This document shows, piece after piece, positions 24,984 through 37,716 of a DNA stretch of 64,000 nt. Under the pieces are notes generated by a model that saw only the letters and a program-made list of their open reading frames with translations, searched no databases and was not told the DNA's origin. The DNA is from a virus. The translations under genes and the position numbers were made by a program. Position 1 is the first letter of the stretch. Each line of letters starts with the position of its first letter. The stretch lies in the IMG/VR virus record IMGVR_UViG_3300005253_000523, positions 5,091-69,090 of that record. The stretch is one strand, 5' to 3'.

Positions 24984-27900
24984 TTATTCGTTCGTTGCCT
25001 CCGCGAGCTGTTTCTTCAGGTCCTCCATATCGCGATCCTCGCGCCGTCGCTCTTTGACAAGGCTGTACGCCTTCGCGCCCAGCTCCGCGATCTCCGCGAT
25101 GATCTTGGCCTTGTCGAGCTTGCTCACGGCGCCTCCTGCAATACCAGCGGGAAAAGCTGGCGCGCAACGATACGCGGCCACGCTACGCAGGCGAACTCAA
25201 ATGCCGGCTGCGCGTCCTCGCGCCGTGCCTGGAATCCCTTGACGTAGAATCCAGAATTGCAGGCTCCACGCTTGTCACCCGATCGATCCCACCAGACGAA
25301 TGCGAACCAGCAATCTGGTCGACCGCCGCACGTCCAATGCACGCGACCATCAGGCTTATCAGGAACCTGGCGATTTCTCAGAAGACCACCATCGAGATGT
25401 TCGATCTTCCACGGACTGCCTGGCGGTGGTTCGAGACTGAGGCGATCCTTACCGCCCTGCAGGAAGTGACCACTACCTGGCGCGAAGCCGAAATAGTATG
25501 CAAATTTCTCAGCCACCGGATTCCTGTTCCAACTTGACTCGAATGGCGCGGTACTCATCCAGGCACCGCAAGATCGTCGTCAACTCGATAGCCAACTCTG
25601 GCGGCAATTTCATCATCGCGGTGATGATCGACTTCCTCACCACTGTGGCAGCCCTCTCGATATCTTCGATCGTCGACGGCTTGCCTGTCGCGTCTTCCAT
25701 TTCAACTCCCATGACTTCCTCCTATGTTGCCTCGTGGCCCTGCCCAGCCGGTCCTTCCAAGCCACACGCCCAGCAGTGCTTGCCTGCGCGGACGTTGCCT
25801 TCGCACGCATCACACGCCTTGCCCGGATCGTCGAAAGACATGGCGCCGATCGACGACACGCATTCGTCGACAACACGGTTGCGGTAGTCGCCATAAGAGT
25901 TCTGCGGCCCAGGCATCTTGTTCCGCTTGCACGCCTCGATGGCACGTGCGCGGCCGGTCTCGACCTCCGCCCGAGCAAACTTGGTCACCTTCCTGGCGAG
26001 TGGTCCGAACTTCTTCGCGCGATCAAACATGATCATCGCGGCACCCATATCTTCCAGAGATGGCAACCGCTGCACTGGATCTGCCTGTGCGTCTTGCCCT
26101 TCTTCCTGGCCCACGGATGCCAGTCGGCGGATGCGTTCGGCGCTGTCGTGTGGTTCTTCGCGTTCGGGCACAGACTCGATATGAACTGATCCTGGCGATC
26201 CATCTCGGCTATCTCAGACTGGATGCTCACTTCGGAAGCTCCGATTCAGAAACAGCAACACGAACCGCTGTGAGAATCCCGTCCAATTGAACCGCGTTGA
26301 AGTTGACCAACTCTCTGCGCACCTTGTTGAGTACCAGTTCCACGTCTATCGGCTTGGGTGATCGGAACCAAGTTACGGTTTCGTCGTTAACCCAAAAACC
26401 GAGTTCGCCTTTCCACAGTCCAAGATGTTTACCATTGCTGTCGCGTAGCGCATCCTCCCAGTCGCACGCCACTAGGTCTTCCGTCCCGGTCGTCACACGG
26501 AGAATTGTCTCCGCTCTGGCATACCAATGGTTTACGCGATTGTTCACGGCTTCGATCACATCGCGCAGTCTCCACAGCGCCGCCCTTGTCTGCTTGTTGG
26601 CGTCGCCAGAAATGGCTTCGATTTTATTTCTGGCAGATTCCAGCATTCTCGGTAGCTCGTCGGTCACGTCGTTCCTCCTTCGCTCAGGATACGGGCCATG
26701 TGCACGGCACGATTGCGCTGGTTCCGCAGTTCGCCGAACTTGTACACTAAGACTGCCGGCGTCGGATCGGTTTCAAATACCTTTCCGGCTGCGCGCTTCT
26801 CCTCGCACTGCGGACAGCCCTTCTTGAAGAACCGCTTTCCGAACGCGTAGGTTGGCACGCCTTTTCTATGGTAAGTGCACTGCAAGATCCAGATTTGTTT
26901 TCGTGACATTATTTCTTTGTAGTGAGGAGCGCGTATTCCATCGAGTCGTTGTCCATCGTGATCTGACCAAGAAGCTGATCAAGACCACCGTCGTTGAACT
27001 TTGAAACGCGACCGCGATCGTCGTACCACCGATCGTCATCGCCGCGTGTCAGCGTCTGCTCAACGGATCGCTTCCACCACAGAAATCCAACCCGATAGCG
27101 AATTCGTACGGTCGTAGAAGAGACCGCTGGGCTCTCATAACCAATCAATTCAACCGTGCTCGGATACATCAGTCCCTCCACTTTTCGCAGCGTCGCGCGC
27201 CACATCATGAATCGTCTTTCCTGCGGTTGGATCGTCCCAGAGTCCGTTGCACTTGCTGCAGACGAGTCCAGACAGATACGTACCGCGAAAGAAAAACTGA
27301 TCATGTCGCCGATCTTGGGATGGCTCATCGTCGCCTCCGTCTGGCCTTGACCCACTCGTAGGTATCCGCGCCCAGCTTGCTGCTGATTGTCCAGATCGGA
27401 TTGATGACAGCGATGAACACCAGCAACTCCCACAGCTCGAAACTGATCGTGATCTCGTTCATCGTTTCTCCTTGTCGATCGCATCTGGCGGCGCGATGCC
27501 CGGCCGCATGTTCGATCCACCCATGAGCTGCGCGTGCCAGTTCGCGCACGCTGCCGCCGTCGCAATGATCCGGTGCAGTTTCTTGAGCAGGTCATCGGGA
27601 GGTGTCGCGAGCGCCTTGCCACCGAGATATCCGATCAGCCAAAACCAATCGGCGTCGGTCTTACCGGCGTCGTCGCTGCCCCAGCGCTTCTGCTGGTGCG
27701 TGGCCTCGGCCGGCAGTGCGCGCAGAAAGTCAGTGTAGATCGGCGCGTCGAGCAGAGCGCTGACGAGATCGTTCACGACCTCGGCGCCAGCATGGATATC
27801 GTGCTTGAGCAGCACACCAGTCACGCGATCGACGATGGCGTCGACTGGTGTGCTGAGTGGATCACCGCCAGTCTTGACCAATTTAAAACACGCCTCACAA

Positions 27901-30900
27901 GTGAAATCATCCGGATCGAGCGACCACTTATGTTCGATCGGCCAATGGAACGGGATGTCCGTTGTGAATCCGCACATCGGCAGACCATTGAGCAGGCCGT
28001 GGATAGTCACGGTCATGTGGCCAGCTTCTTTCGTGCGTAGTCGAGTGCAACGCTCACGACGTCGTCGTCATATGGCAGCGGACCATCGTCCTGGGTCGCG
28101 TCCCAGACTGCCAGCAATACCTCTTCGATGATCTGCTGACGTGTGAACGCAACCTCCTCAACCAACGACGTGCCCTCGAACGCGTCCATCATTTCGCCGC
28201 ACGCAAAGTAGACCTTCGACATCAGTCCACCGACATTCGGTTCCTCGCAGAAATGCAGGAAGCGCTTCAAGGTCGATTCTGAATTCTCTGAACTCTGTCG
28301 ATCGAACCACCAATCGCTGCAGCCGTCCCACTTCACGCGGCCGTGGGCATAGAGTTCCTGATCGTCGACATTCTTGGGAAAGTTCCTCACCGTTTCAAAC
28401 AGTTCGAACTCGACCCGTATAACCGTGCCATCGCCATCGTCGACTGGCGTGGCTACCAGCGTCCAGTTCGGATCGATGACCTTGGTGATCTTCTCGGTCA
28501 TGCGTGCGCCTCAACCTCGATGGTCTTGATGTGCTTCGGCCGGCATACCGGGCAGTAGTCCATGATCGTGTCGTCGACCTTGTCGTCGCGCCATCCCTGT
28601 CGCCTGGCCGCGCGTCGGATGACGTGGGCGATGCTGTAGTTGCCGCGAGGGATGAACCGCCGGCCGCAACCGCCGTCGCAGATGATCCGCATGCCACTTC
28701 CGTCATGACGGTGGTCGATCATGTTTTGACCTTCAGTGCGCGGATGCGGTCGGCGGCAGCCTGTAGGATCTCCGCTTCTAGTTTGTGATCGGGATTCCCG
28801 CTCTGCGGTTTCCAGTCCTCGCACTCGGCGATGGCTTTATCGAGTACCTCGTCGACGCCAGAAACGCGCAGCCAGATCGCACCGAGGTGCTCGCCGCGAT
28901 GGAAGGTCAGCCAGGCAAGACGGAAGCGCAGCTCGGGCATAGAACTCCAGTCGTCGATCTTGTCCTCGACGATGCACAGCCCGCGCGACAGCACCTTTCG
29001 ATCCTTGATCGCCCCGTCGAAGAGGCACTCCACGAACGGCGGTGGGATCGTCTGTGCGGACAATTCTTGCGCGAGTTCGGTGCCTGGATTCGGGCCGAGT
29101 TCTTTCCCGCAGTCAGCGCAGTACGGAACGATGGCTCGCGGATCATCTTGCATGCTGACCGGATTCGTGTGCTGGCAATCAGCACCTACTGGGTCGCGTC
29201 CACCAGCAACGTGATCAGGGTTCCGTTCTCCAGGGCGATCGATATCTGACTGGATACGATCGTCACGTCCATCGTCTCCGGTGCGTGGTTCAGAGTTTTC
29301 TCCAGCCACCGCATCGTTTTCTTCGAGACCTTCTTGCCGGCCCGGCCGCCGATCAGTGTCAGCTTTTTGTTCATCGTTTTCTCCTTGGTCAATGCGTTTG
29401 TGCGCGCGACCCACGTCAGCGGCCACCAAATCCAATGCATTAGCAATCGTAAACGCAAGCCGCGATCCTGACTCCGGTGGCGTCCGATCTGCGACCTCAC
29501 GTATCCGCGCGATCGATTCCCTCAGTGCATCGCTCATAGCTGATCCTTCAGTTCAGCGAGAGCGCGGTCGAGACAATTCAGCAGCGTCTGTATGTCGTCC
29601 TCGCAGGACCAATGCCCATCGTTGCCGTCAGGGGCCTGCTCGTCTTTACGCAACCATTTGTGATTGTTCCTGCGCGCTCGAATGGCTTCGACTTGGGCGA
29701 GTTCTTCACGGGCGACCTGCGCCAGCGCACGCTCACCAATTGCCCGCGCTAGTCGTTTGTCGTACCTCTCCTGCCAACCAGGGATCTGCCCTGCCAAGTC
29801 GCGCGCCTTTTCATCTTGCGCAGCCTTCACGCCATCGGTGACAGCCTTACGTTCCTCCGTCGTCAGTGGGCCACTGTCGTGTTCGAGGTCAGCAAGGATC
29901 TCGTTCAGTTCCTCGGCGTTCGTCATCGCTTATCCTTGCGCGTGATCTGTACCGATGCGACCAGCAGGTTCACGATGACGGTACTGCCGCCGACGTCGAT
30001 GCCAAGCCGGTAGTCCCACCCACCACCGAAGCGGCCCCAGTGATGTTTCGGGTCTCGCCGTTCGTAGTTGAACTCGAAGCCTGCCATCGACCAGTGCCGC
30101 TCGCTGGACCGCTGCGGATGCGCCTCGTTGTGCTCGACCATGGCCGCCGCGAATTCTGCCTTCGAACTCATAGCACCCTCGCAACTCGATCGAGCGCCCA
30201 GCACGCCGCCCACCCGCGCAACCAGATGACCGGCGTGTGACCACCGAGAAACTCTGGTGCCGAGCGCGTAAACGACAAACTGCAGTGACCGTCGTCGTGT
30301 TTGAGCACCACCTCGGTTCCGATCGGAACGTCGACCCAGTCGTCGACGAGGTCCAGATTCTCCTGGTGCGATCGGAGCTTGTGATTGCACTTCATGCGTC
30401 GTCCTCGAATGCTTCTGCGCACTGGCCGCATTTCTGGTAGCGGGAGATCGCCGCGTGGTGGGCGATGGCAATGTCTGCGATCTCCTTGGCATTGCGAAGG
30501 TCAACGTCTGCGCCGGCAACGCGATGGTTTTGCTCGGCGAGACGGCGTGCGATTTTTTCAACCAGGGTCATTCGTACCACCGTGGAAATTCTAACTTGCT
30601 GGTCTTGAGGGCTTCGTCCGCGATCAGCGCTGGATTCTCGTGACCAACTGCAATGGCACGAAGAACATCACCGCGCAGTTCGTCTTCGGCGATGTGCGCT
30701 TCAGGAGAAAGCGGCATCCGCGCCAGCTCCCGGATCTTCTCGACGCGGTCCTGTACCTCTGTAAGCGTCATTCGGCTCCCATGTAGATCACCAGGCCCGA
30801 CGTCGGGCACTGATCTTCGCAGAAGGCATCGGCCTTGCTCTTCTCGTTGAACATCGCCATGACGTGGGCGTCGGAGAAGTCGTGGTTGTCGTCTGGCTTC

Positions 30901-30986
30901 AAACGACTAGTCCAGACCACCGCCCACCGCATTTCGGATTCCACGGTGACTTCGATCTCGGTCTTTAACTTGATATTCGGCACCAC
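24984..30986 (-). other. Operon of about 20 small, translationally coupled hypothetical genes (e.g. 25509-25712, 26227-26667, 26664-26909, 27459-28016, 28013-28501, 28719-29537, 29534-29926, 30768-30986)
   Basis: Contiguous minus-strand ORFs with (A/G)TGA stop/start overlaps; no recognisable domains. Confidence 0.7.
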
Positions 30987-31015
30987 CGATCAATACACTA
31001 AAGCGGGTAGAGTAA

Positions 31016-31621
31016 TCAAGCCCTAAAAGCTGCGGCCTTCTTAACCGGCTTTATAAACGGGTATTTTGCGGGACTTACGACCCACGGGCTATCCACGTAA
31101 GGCAGGCGGGAAAGATGACTGGGGTGCCCGCCCTTGGTAGTCCCGGCCACGATGGTCCGGCACCGCCAGGCGCTGCAAGTGAGAAATTTTAGAATCAGCG
31201 CGATCCGGACCTCGCACTCCATTTTTATCTTCGGTATCGGATTACCCCAGGCAAGACAGACCGTGCTGTGGTTGATCAAGTCCATGGCCTCGATCGGATT
31301 GACACCGACTTCGTGACCGGCGCGAATGCGCGCGACCAACTCCGATGGATCCGTCGCCACGTACTCGAATAAGTTATATGCGATGTACGCGCCCCATCCC
31401 CAGCGCTTCGCGAACCCAACCATCTTGGTGGCCGTCATGTCATCGACGTCACCATTCGCCATGCCAGGGTTCAAGCCTATGAACGCACCGGTCTCCTTCC
31501 CCTCGTCCCAGACGCGTAACAACGAGGTGCGGAAGCCTGGACCGGAAAAGTGCGCGCCACGGCGGATGGCATTCACTTCGTCGCGACCCTGATGACGGCG
31601 TCGAAGACCCAGCAGCTCCAT
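31016..31621 (-). CDS. DUF1643-family protein
   Basis: RTSLLRVWD...FIGLNP...DDMT...GFAKRWG...NLF..ATDP...AWG. Confidence 0.8.
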   Translation of the reverse strand: MELLGLRRRHQGRDEVNAIRRGAHFSGPGFRTSLLRVWDEGKETGAFIGLNPGMANGDVDDMTATKMVGFAKRWGWGAYIAYNLFEYVATDPSELVARIRAGHEVGVNPIEAMDLINHSTVCLAWGNPIPKIKMECEVRIALILKFLTCSAWRCRTIVAGTTKGGHPSHLSRLPYVDSPWVVSPAKYPFIKPVKKAAAFRA

Positions 31622-31626
31622 CTGTT

Positions 31627-33464
31627 TCAGTTCTTCGCGGATGACAGCTCCTTGGGAATCGCGCTGACGTTGAAGGTAGCGTCCTTCAGGACCGGGATCA
31701 CGCTGCCTGCCTCGACCAAGTCAAATGAACTGTGCTCGATCACGGCGTCGAAGACCTGCCGCTCCCAGTCCTCGCGCACGGATACCACCACCGATCCTTC
31801 CGGGATGCCGTCCTTCACGACACGGAACGCCTTGTCCGATGTGAGAATGCTGGTCAACGCATCGTGGGAGATCAAGACGCGGGCGAGTCGTCGCGGTGGC
31901 TTGTTCATGGGTCCTGTCTTTCGTTCACGGGTAGTAGGAGGCGCTGGCGGATCTGAATCGCGACTTCATTGCCGATTGGATCGGGAAACTGTTTGCGGTC
32001 CTCCAGGACCTCGATCATACACATCGCCTTGTGTAGTAGCTCGGCGTCGGTAAGAACGCCACCCATGCACTTCCCGCACCGGCAGTGCTTGTCGTCGCGT
32101 AGCCGCTGCACCTCGCGGCAGATCTGGGTCAGCGTCACCGGGCCAACGTCTTTCGCCCAGCGCAGACCAACCCAGTGCGGGCGACGATCCGGGCCAAGCA
32201 TGTTCTCTAATTCGTCGAGCGTCACCGGAATAGCGTCGTTGTATCGTGGCCACGGCTTTTTACTCGCCCTGCAAATGGCATTGGCCGCGCGCACGGATAA
32301 CAGAATCGTCTCGCCGGATTCCAGTTTGCTCGCAGTTTGTTTGGGTGCTCCCATGTCAACCAATCCGGTCCCGCATGAGCAACCACAGGAATGTGTAGAC
32401 CATGTACTCGGAGTCAATGTTCACAGAAAACTTGCACGGATTCTCGCTGTGCGGGCCGAACTGAACTTCCTCGGGGAACCCTTCAAAAAAGCAGTTATCC
32501 CAACACTCGCCCAGGATGTAACCATTGGGGAACCGCTCGCGATCATCGTCGCTATAGTCAAGCTTGAATCCGCGTATCACGTCGGTGTTGATGGGCGTCT
32601 CCGAGAGGACCGAGACATTCCAGTTGTAGTAGTTGTGGCGCAGGACGATTTGCAGACCGATATCCGGGCGCTCCAGGGAGTAAACCGGCAGCCGCACGCT
32701 CTTGGATGTGTGCTCACCGATGACGTAAACGTCTATCTTGCAGTCGTCGCGCGGCGGCGGTGCCTGTTCTCTCTTGCCATAGGGTACGTCGGCCCAGAAA
32801 AGCCCAGCCAGTTGATTTCGCACGAAGTGAACCTGGTAGAGCCGGGGGTCGCTCGGGATCGCGTAGATCAGCCTGGTATCCTTGTGCTCATCGAGCCACT
32901 TGTCGTACCAGGGTTGCAGATGTTCTTTCATCAGTCCTTGTCCCATCGGATATCGTGGTCGTACAGGAAGGCTCGGACGTCGACGTCGCTCTCGACCGTA
33001 AACTCGTGACTGTTGTGGTCCTCGGTCTCTGCAGTGACACGGCTGCCAGCTTTCAGGAGAAAACCATTGCGCACCTGTTCCGGTTCAAGACGGATTGATT
33101 GGGAGTCCTTGGCTATGTAGTACACGTGAGGCTGATGCGCGAATGGTCCAATGATTGCGATGTCGTCGTTGTTCACGCGATCGGTTTCCAGATTGTACGC
33201 CTCGACCGCAATGGCCATGAACACGGGATCCATCGCATAGCCGTTCTTGTCGGCCCACAGACACATCCGTCCGGGATGCGGGATGTGACTGCTCTGCCAC
33301 ATGTCCTCTTCGCCCTTGGTCGCGTCAACGCGCCCACTGACAGGCTGCACGACGAAGACGCTGTACCATTTACCGTCATCCTCGCCGGTCACGACCGGGC
33401 GGTCGTATCGAGGATCGCCCTGGTAATGCAAAAGGTTCCCGCTATGACTCTTGAGTTCGCCCAT
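31627..33464 (-). other. Four hypothetical genes (31627-31908, 31905-~32354, 32356-~32931, 32931-33464)
   Basis: Coupled ORFs downstream of the promoter at 33471-33500. Confidence 0.65.
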
Positions 33465-33470
33465 GGCGCG

Positions 33471-33500
33471 ACCCTACTCTAAAGCGGGTCGAGTAGTCAA
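33471..33500 (-). promoter_or_regulatory. Leaderless sigma70 promoter with inverted CTAAAGCGG box
   Basis: TTGACT-18-TAGGGT-6nt-ATG. Confidence 0.6.
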
Positions 33501-34261
33501 TCAGGATAATTTGCGTTCGCCTTTGCAAGTGCCATGACCTCAACCTGGCGCAGCCGTTCACGTGTAATGTTCATGGCCTCGCCGCAGGCGTCGAGGGTCA
33601 GGCCATCGGGATTGGCGTCGGCGATGTCCAATACACATGATCGATCAGGTTTCATCTCGTGCGGTTCGATGCTCGGATCGTGAATCTTGATGATCCCATC
33701 CTTGTCGCCAGGATCCAGATATAAATTTTTGCTACAGCCGACATATGGACACGGTCGGGGGACGTTCGCGCAGCCGGCGCGAGTAGCCGGCATGTTCGGA
33801 AACTCTTCGTCGCTCGCATCCAGAATCTCGCGGATCTTCTTTTCACGCTTGGTGAGGTAACGACGAGCGATCGTGGCGCCCTTCGGGCGGCCGTTGATAT
33901 CGTGCTTCACGTTCTCGCGTAGCTTCTCGACTTCAGGATTGCTGACGTCGTCCGCACTCAGCGTGACCAGCGTGAGGTGGACGACCTTCTTCGGTTTCGG
34001 TTCCGGTTCCTGGACTGGCTTCGGCTTCGGCTTCGCTGCCTTGGTTGGCTTTGCCGTCTTCGCCTTGCGGACTGGACCCGGTGGCAGGCGCGGCCAGATC
34101 GGTTCCGGTTCGCCGATCGATTCAACTGGCTTCGGTTCTGGATTCGGCCGGGCAGGTTGTTCCGCCCGGCCTACTGAGGGCGGGTGAGACGCCACCCCTC
34201 CGCGTGCAGTCGTCTGAGTGCCTGGCAGACCATCGTCTGCGCACGTGTCGATGGGTTGCAT
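33497..34261 (-). CDS. Cys-rich protein with C-terminal sigma70 region-4 HTH (start uncertain)
   Basis: CANVPRPCPYVGC...SCVLDIAD...GLTLDACGEAMNITRERLRQVEVMAL. Confidence 0.8.
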   Translation of the reverse strand: MQPIDTCADDGLPGTQTTARGGVASHPPSVGRAEQPARPNPEPKPVESIGEPEPIWPRLPPGPVRKAKTAKPTKAAKPKPKPVQEPEPKPKKVVHLTLVTLSADDVSNPEVEKLRENVKHDINGRPKGATIARRYLTKREKKIREILDASDEEFPNMPATRAGCANVPRPCPYVGCSKNLYLDPGDKDGIIKIHDPSIEPHEMKPDRSCVLDIADANPDGLTLDACGEAMNITRERLRQVEVMALAKANANYPD

Positions 34262-34434
34262 TTACCCAATCCGTCCGCATCGAGTGACGTCATGAACGCA
34301 GTGGCGGTGATGTGGCCAGAGCAGTAACCATCGACCAGCTCGCCCAGTTCGTTGAGATCGGCCTCGCGAATCGCAACAGATCCGCCGAGCTTCGTCCCGC
34401 TGGTAGTGAGCGCCTTCTGTAACAACGTCGACAT
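34171..34434 (-). CDS. Hypothetical protein
   Basis: MSTLLQKALT... coding-like ORF. Confidence 0.45.
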   Translation of the reverse strand: MSTLLQKALTTSGTKLGGSVAIREADLNELGELVDGYCSGHITATAFMTSLDADGLGKCNPSTRAQTMVCQALRRLHAEGWRLTRPQ

Positions 34435-34827
34435 GGCCCCAGTCTGGCATCGCGGAACACCACCGCCATAGAAAAATGCGGCGGGAGGTCGTATCCTCCT
34501 GGCCAGCTTCCCACGCTCGCTAAAACATGGCCCGGCAGCGTCGCAGGACCAGTATAGCTCGGCCGCTACTTGAACGGACAACGCTCGCCTATGCGCCGGT
34601 AATGACCGTGGTATCGGCCGCGACGTGGGCACGACGGGACGAATGGGTGGCGGCGTTTGCGTTTCATCGCTCGTCGCGGCCGACCTGGATAGTACGACGC
34701 TCTGCAGTCGTGTACTTGCGTGTACCCAGGCGGGCGATCGGTGGATCGTAACTGCCGTGATGCGATTTCCACGGCTTGCACATCAAACAGCCGCGCCGCT
34801 GGTGCTTTGGTCGTTTCCGTTTGTGAT

Positions 34828-35163
34828 TCATCTATTCGCCGTCGCCAGGATACCGCGATCAAGGTACTGCACAACCACGTCATCCAGCAACACGTCGATG
34901 TCCTCCATCGATGCGCGTGGCTCGGAGAGCTGGATGCAGTTGAGCCAGTGACCACAGATGCGGCGGACCTCATCCTCTTCCATCGGCGGATCAGCCATGA
35001 ACTCGCGCACCGCCGCGACCATACCCTCGCTAATACCAGGGTATCGAAACACGCTCAGGAAGCGCCAACGAACCACACCGTCTCGAAAGACGACCACGCC
35101 GACGTTCAGGCGTTCGTCGGCAATAGCATCCGGCACCAATCGCAGGACCGCGTAGAACGTCAT
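34828..35163 (-). CDS. DUF3037-like protein
   Basis: YAVLRLVPDAIADERLNVGVVV. Confidence 0.75.
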   Translation of the reverse strand: MTFYAVLRLVPDAIADERLNVGVVVFRDGVVRWRFLSVFRYPGISEGMVAAVREFMADPPMEEDEVRRICGHWLNCIQLSEPRASMEDIDVLLDDVVVQYLDRGILATANR

Positions 35164-35470
35164 CCCTCGCCGCTCCCGTCTCCATCATCCTTCGCGGTTC
35201 CGATCGCGACCTCGTCGTACAAGATATCCATCGCCTGATCGAAGGCAGCGGATGCCGATGCCTGCGGATCGGAAACGCACAAGCCACCAGTCTCAACGTA
35301 CACGCCCGGTGGATCGTCGGGATGTGGTGACCGATCGGGGTTGTAGCTGATCAAACACTCCCAGCCCTTGATCGTGCGACTGCTACCTTCGAGCTTCAGC
35401 TCAGCGCGCTGGTACGTGACCGCGATCTCTCCCTCGAACTCGCGGCCGTCGAGGTTGGTGACGTGTAGTC

Positions 35471-35722
35471 TCATCGCCAGCGGAACTCGGGGCGATGACC
35501 TGGCTTCGGAATCGTGATTGGTAGGTTGGGAAAACGGCCAGGGTCTTTCGACGACAGATCCAGCCATCCAGTGATGCTGACGTTGTCATTTCCGGGCGGG
35601 AGCTTCACGACACGGCATGGACCCACCTCGAACGAAGTGACCCCCCTCGGTGCGGCCTTGGCCTTGGCATTTCGAGCAGACCACCAGGCGGCCAGTGCAG
35701 CGAATAGGGTTCGGCGCTTCAT
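35471..35722 (-). CDS. Small protein with twin-arginine-like signal
   Basis: MKRRTLFAALAAWWSARNAKA. Confidence 0.55.
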   Translation of the reverse strand: MKRRTLFAALAAWWSARNAKAKAAPRGVTSFEVGPCRVVKLPPGNDNVSITGWLDLSSKDPGRFPNLPITIPKPGHRPEFRWR

Positions 35723-36138
35723 GCCCACGTCATATCCGGTGGGCGTCCTGCCTGGATCATGCTCCAGAAAAACTTCGCAGATGGATCGACGTTCTCAAAT
35801 CGAATGTCCTTGACACTTCCGTTGGCCGGCAGCTCCACACTCCAGGCAGGATCGGATCCGTTGTAGACATTCACCGCCAAAGGCCACGACGGTCCGATGA
35901 GTCTCATTTGTCCATCCAATGCCATCGCGGCCCAGAAGTGACGAGCACATCGCGATGTCACACCAGCACGGCGAACGACACGGCCATCTTTCAATACCAT
36001 GGCTAGCTCGGATCCATCGTCGTCGTAGAACGTGATCACGAAGTCAACGATGTGCAGATCGCCAGCGTGGGCAGATCGCAAGGCCAGTGCACCGACCGGG
36101 GCTAGTGCTGCAACCTGGATTATGGTTCGGCGCTTCAT
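35719..36138 (-). CDS. Small protein with twin-arginine-like signal
   Basis: MKRRTIIQVAALAPVGALALRSAHA|G with AxA cleavage site. Confidence 0.6.
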   Translation of the reverse strand: MKRRTIIQVAALAPVGALALRSAHAGDLHIVDFVITFYDDDGSELAMVLKDGRVVRRAGVTSRCARHFWAAMALDGQMRLIGPSWPLAVNVYNGSDPAWSVELPANGSVKDIRFENVDPSAKFFWSMIQAGRPPDMTWA

Positions 36139-36543
36139 GTCGCTACCTCGACGTCCTCGGGTCGTAGCGCGGCCAGCGTCGCTCTCACATCCCGTTTGAC
36201 CATCCGAAGCACCATCGCTTCCTGTGCTGGCCTCGGACTAACGTCTCCGTTCGGTGTGGTCCCGTGTTGGTAGACCTCTTTGATCAAACGTTCGACGACT
36301 TTATTTGGAAAGGTCATCGGCCAGATTCTCTCAATGCCGATCGGATCTTCGTGATTGTGTCGGAGAGAGGTTGCGTGTCGAGCGGCTTGAACTTCGGTGA
36401 TCGGCCGGCGTGGTTCCAGAGCCAGTGAAAGAAAACTCGCACGCGCAGGTACGGCGGTCGCATCGCGTGCCGGCAGTACTTGCAACGGACCCCGCACAGA
36501 TCATCCGTCATGCGCACGGCGCGTGCGATCAGTTCAGCCTGCG

Positions 36544-37278
36544 TCATCCCGTTGCCTCCTTCGGATTGTAATCGAACGCGACGCCACGACGTTCGCGGTT
36601 GTGCAGGACGGCCTCGACGTACTTGCCGACCGCCTCGGGAACCGTTTTGCATTCGCGGTGCAGGCCATAGATGGCGTCGTCGCCACAGTCCCAGGAGTTC
36701 TCACCCTTGCCAGGGAACTGTGGAGCCTTGCCACCTCTCGGGATTTCAACCTCACACATCGATCTTCGATCGGCGAACCAGCGCGGTCGCTTCCAGATGC
36801 CGGTGTACATCTCGACCGTGCCGGGATAGCTGCGCTCGGGAAGCGGCAGGAGAACATCGACGACGCGCTCGTCTTCCTTCCAGTGCTTCACCTTCCCGAG
36901 TAGCACGTCGAGGAAGTGAAACGATCCATCGCGCCAGCGCGGTCGTTGGTTGTTCCAGCAATCCGGATCGGCCCACACACGCCACCACAACGTCCAGTCG
37001 TGTATCGACAAACTGAGATCGCGCTTGTCCTTCTTGTAGGAGCCCGGATATCCGAGCGAAACGTACAGGGCGAAGAACGGCAGACCAATCGAGAAGCCGT
37101 AGCCGCTCTCCTCGTCATGCCCGATCGAAAACTTGCAACGCAGTCGCGGCGAGAACACCCACTGCCATGCGAGGTTCCATCCGGAGTCCTTGCCGAAGTG
37201 CCACCAGGCTCGACCGTTGAAAGGAACGCGGCGACGTCGCTTGTCGTCTTCGCTCAGGTTCTGCCAGTGGAAGTGCAT
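36544..37278 (-). CDS. Trp-rich conserved phage hypothetical protein
   Basis: PGKGENSWDCGDDAIYG motif; ATAGGA SD. Confidence 0.65.
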   Translation of the reverse strand: MHFHWQNLSEDDKRRRRVPFNGRAWWHFGKDSGWNLAWQWVFSPRLRCKFSIGHDEESGYGFSIGLPFFALYVSLGYPGSYKKDKRDLSLSIHDWTLWWRVWADPDCWNNQRPRWRDGSFHFLDVLLGKVKHWKEDERVVDVLLPLPERSYPGTVEMYTGIWKRPRWFADRRSMCEVEIPRGGKAPQFPGKGENSWDCGDDAIYGLHRECKTVPEAVGKYVEAVLHNRERRGVAFDYNPKEATG

Positions 37279-37282
37279 CGTC

Positions 37283-37716
37283 CTATCGCTTCGGGCAGTC
37301 GATTGCGTGTTGTTTCGGGATTGCAATCTCGCGTCGGCTCCCGTCCAAATCGATCATCGCCGTCGTGTATCCGCCACCGGCGTCGATGTGGCAACGCATG
37401 CATGATGGATCGACGATCGAGAAGCTGTCGATCACCATCTCACCGCGCTCGTCGTAGTGACCGGCGGCACCGATACCCATGCCGAGTTTCTCTGGTTCGT
37501 TCATCGGCGGCGTGCGATCTTCTTGGCGGCATCGCGTGCGCGGTTGCGATGGTCGCGGGTCGCGGCGCGGATTTTTCCATCCGCCATCGCAGTCAGGCGC
37601 GAGACGCGATTGAGTTCCAGTACCTCGCCATGCTCGCGCGGACTCAGCGGAACCGCCTCCTCGTCGTCGAAGGAAGCCATCGTGTCAACGTGTCCGGTGT
37701 CCGGGCTCATGGTCAA
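37283..37716 (-). other. Two small hypothetical genes (37283-37504, 37501-37716)
   Basis: Coupled ORFs at the head of the operon. Confidence 0.5.
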
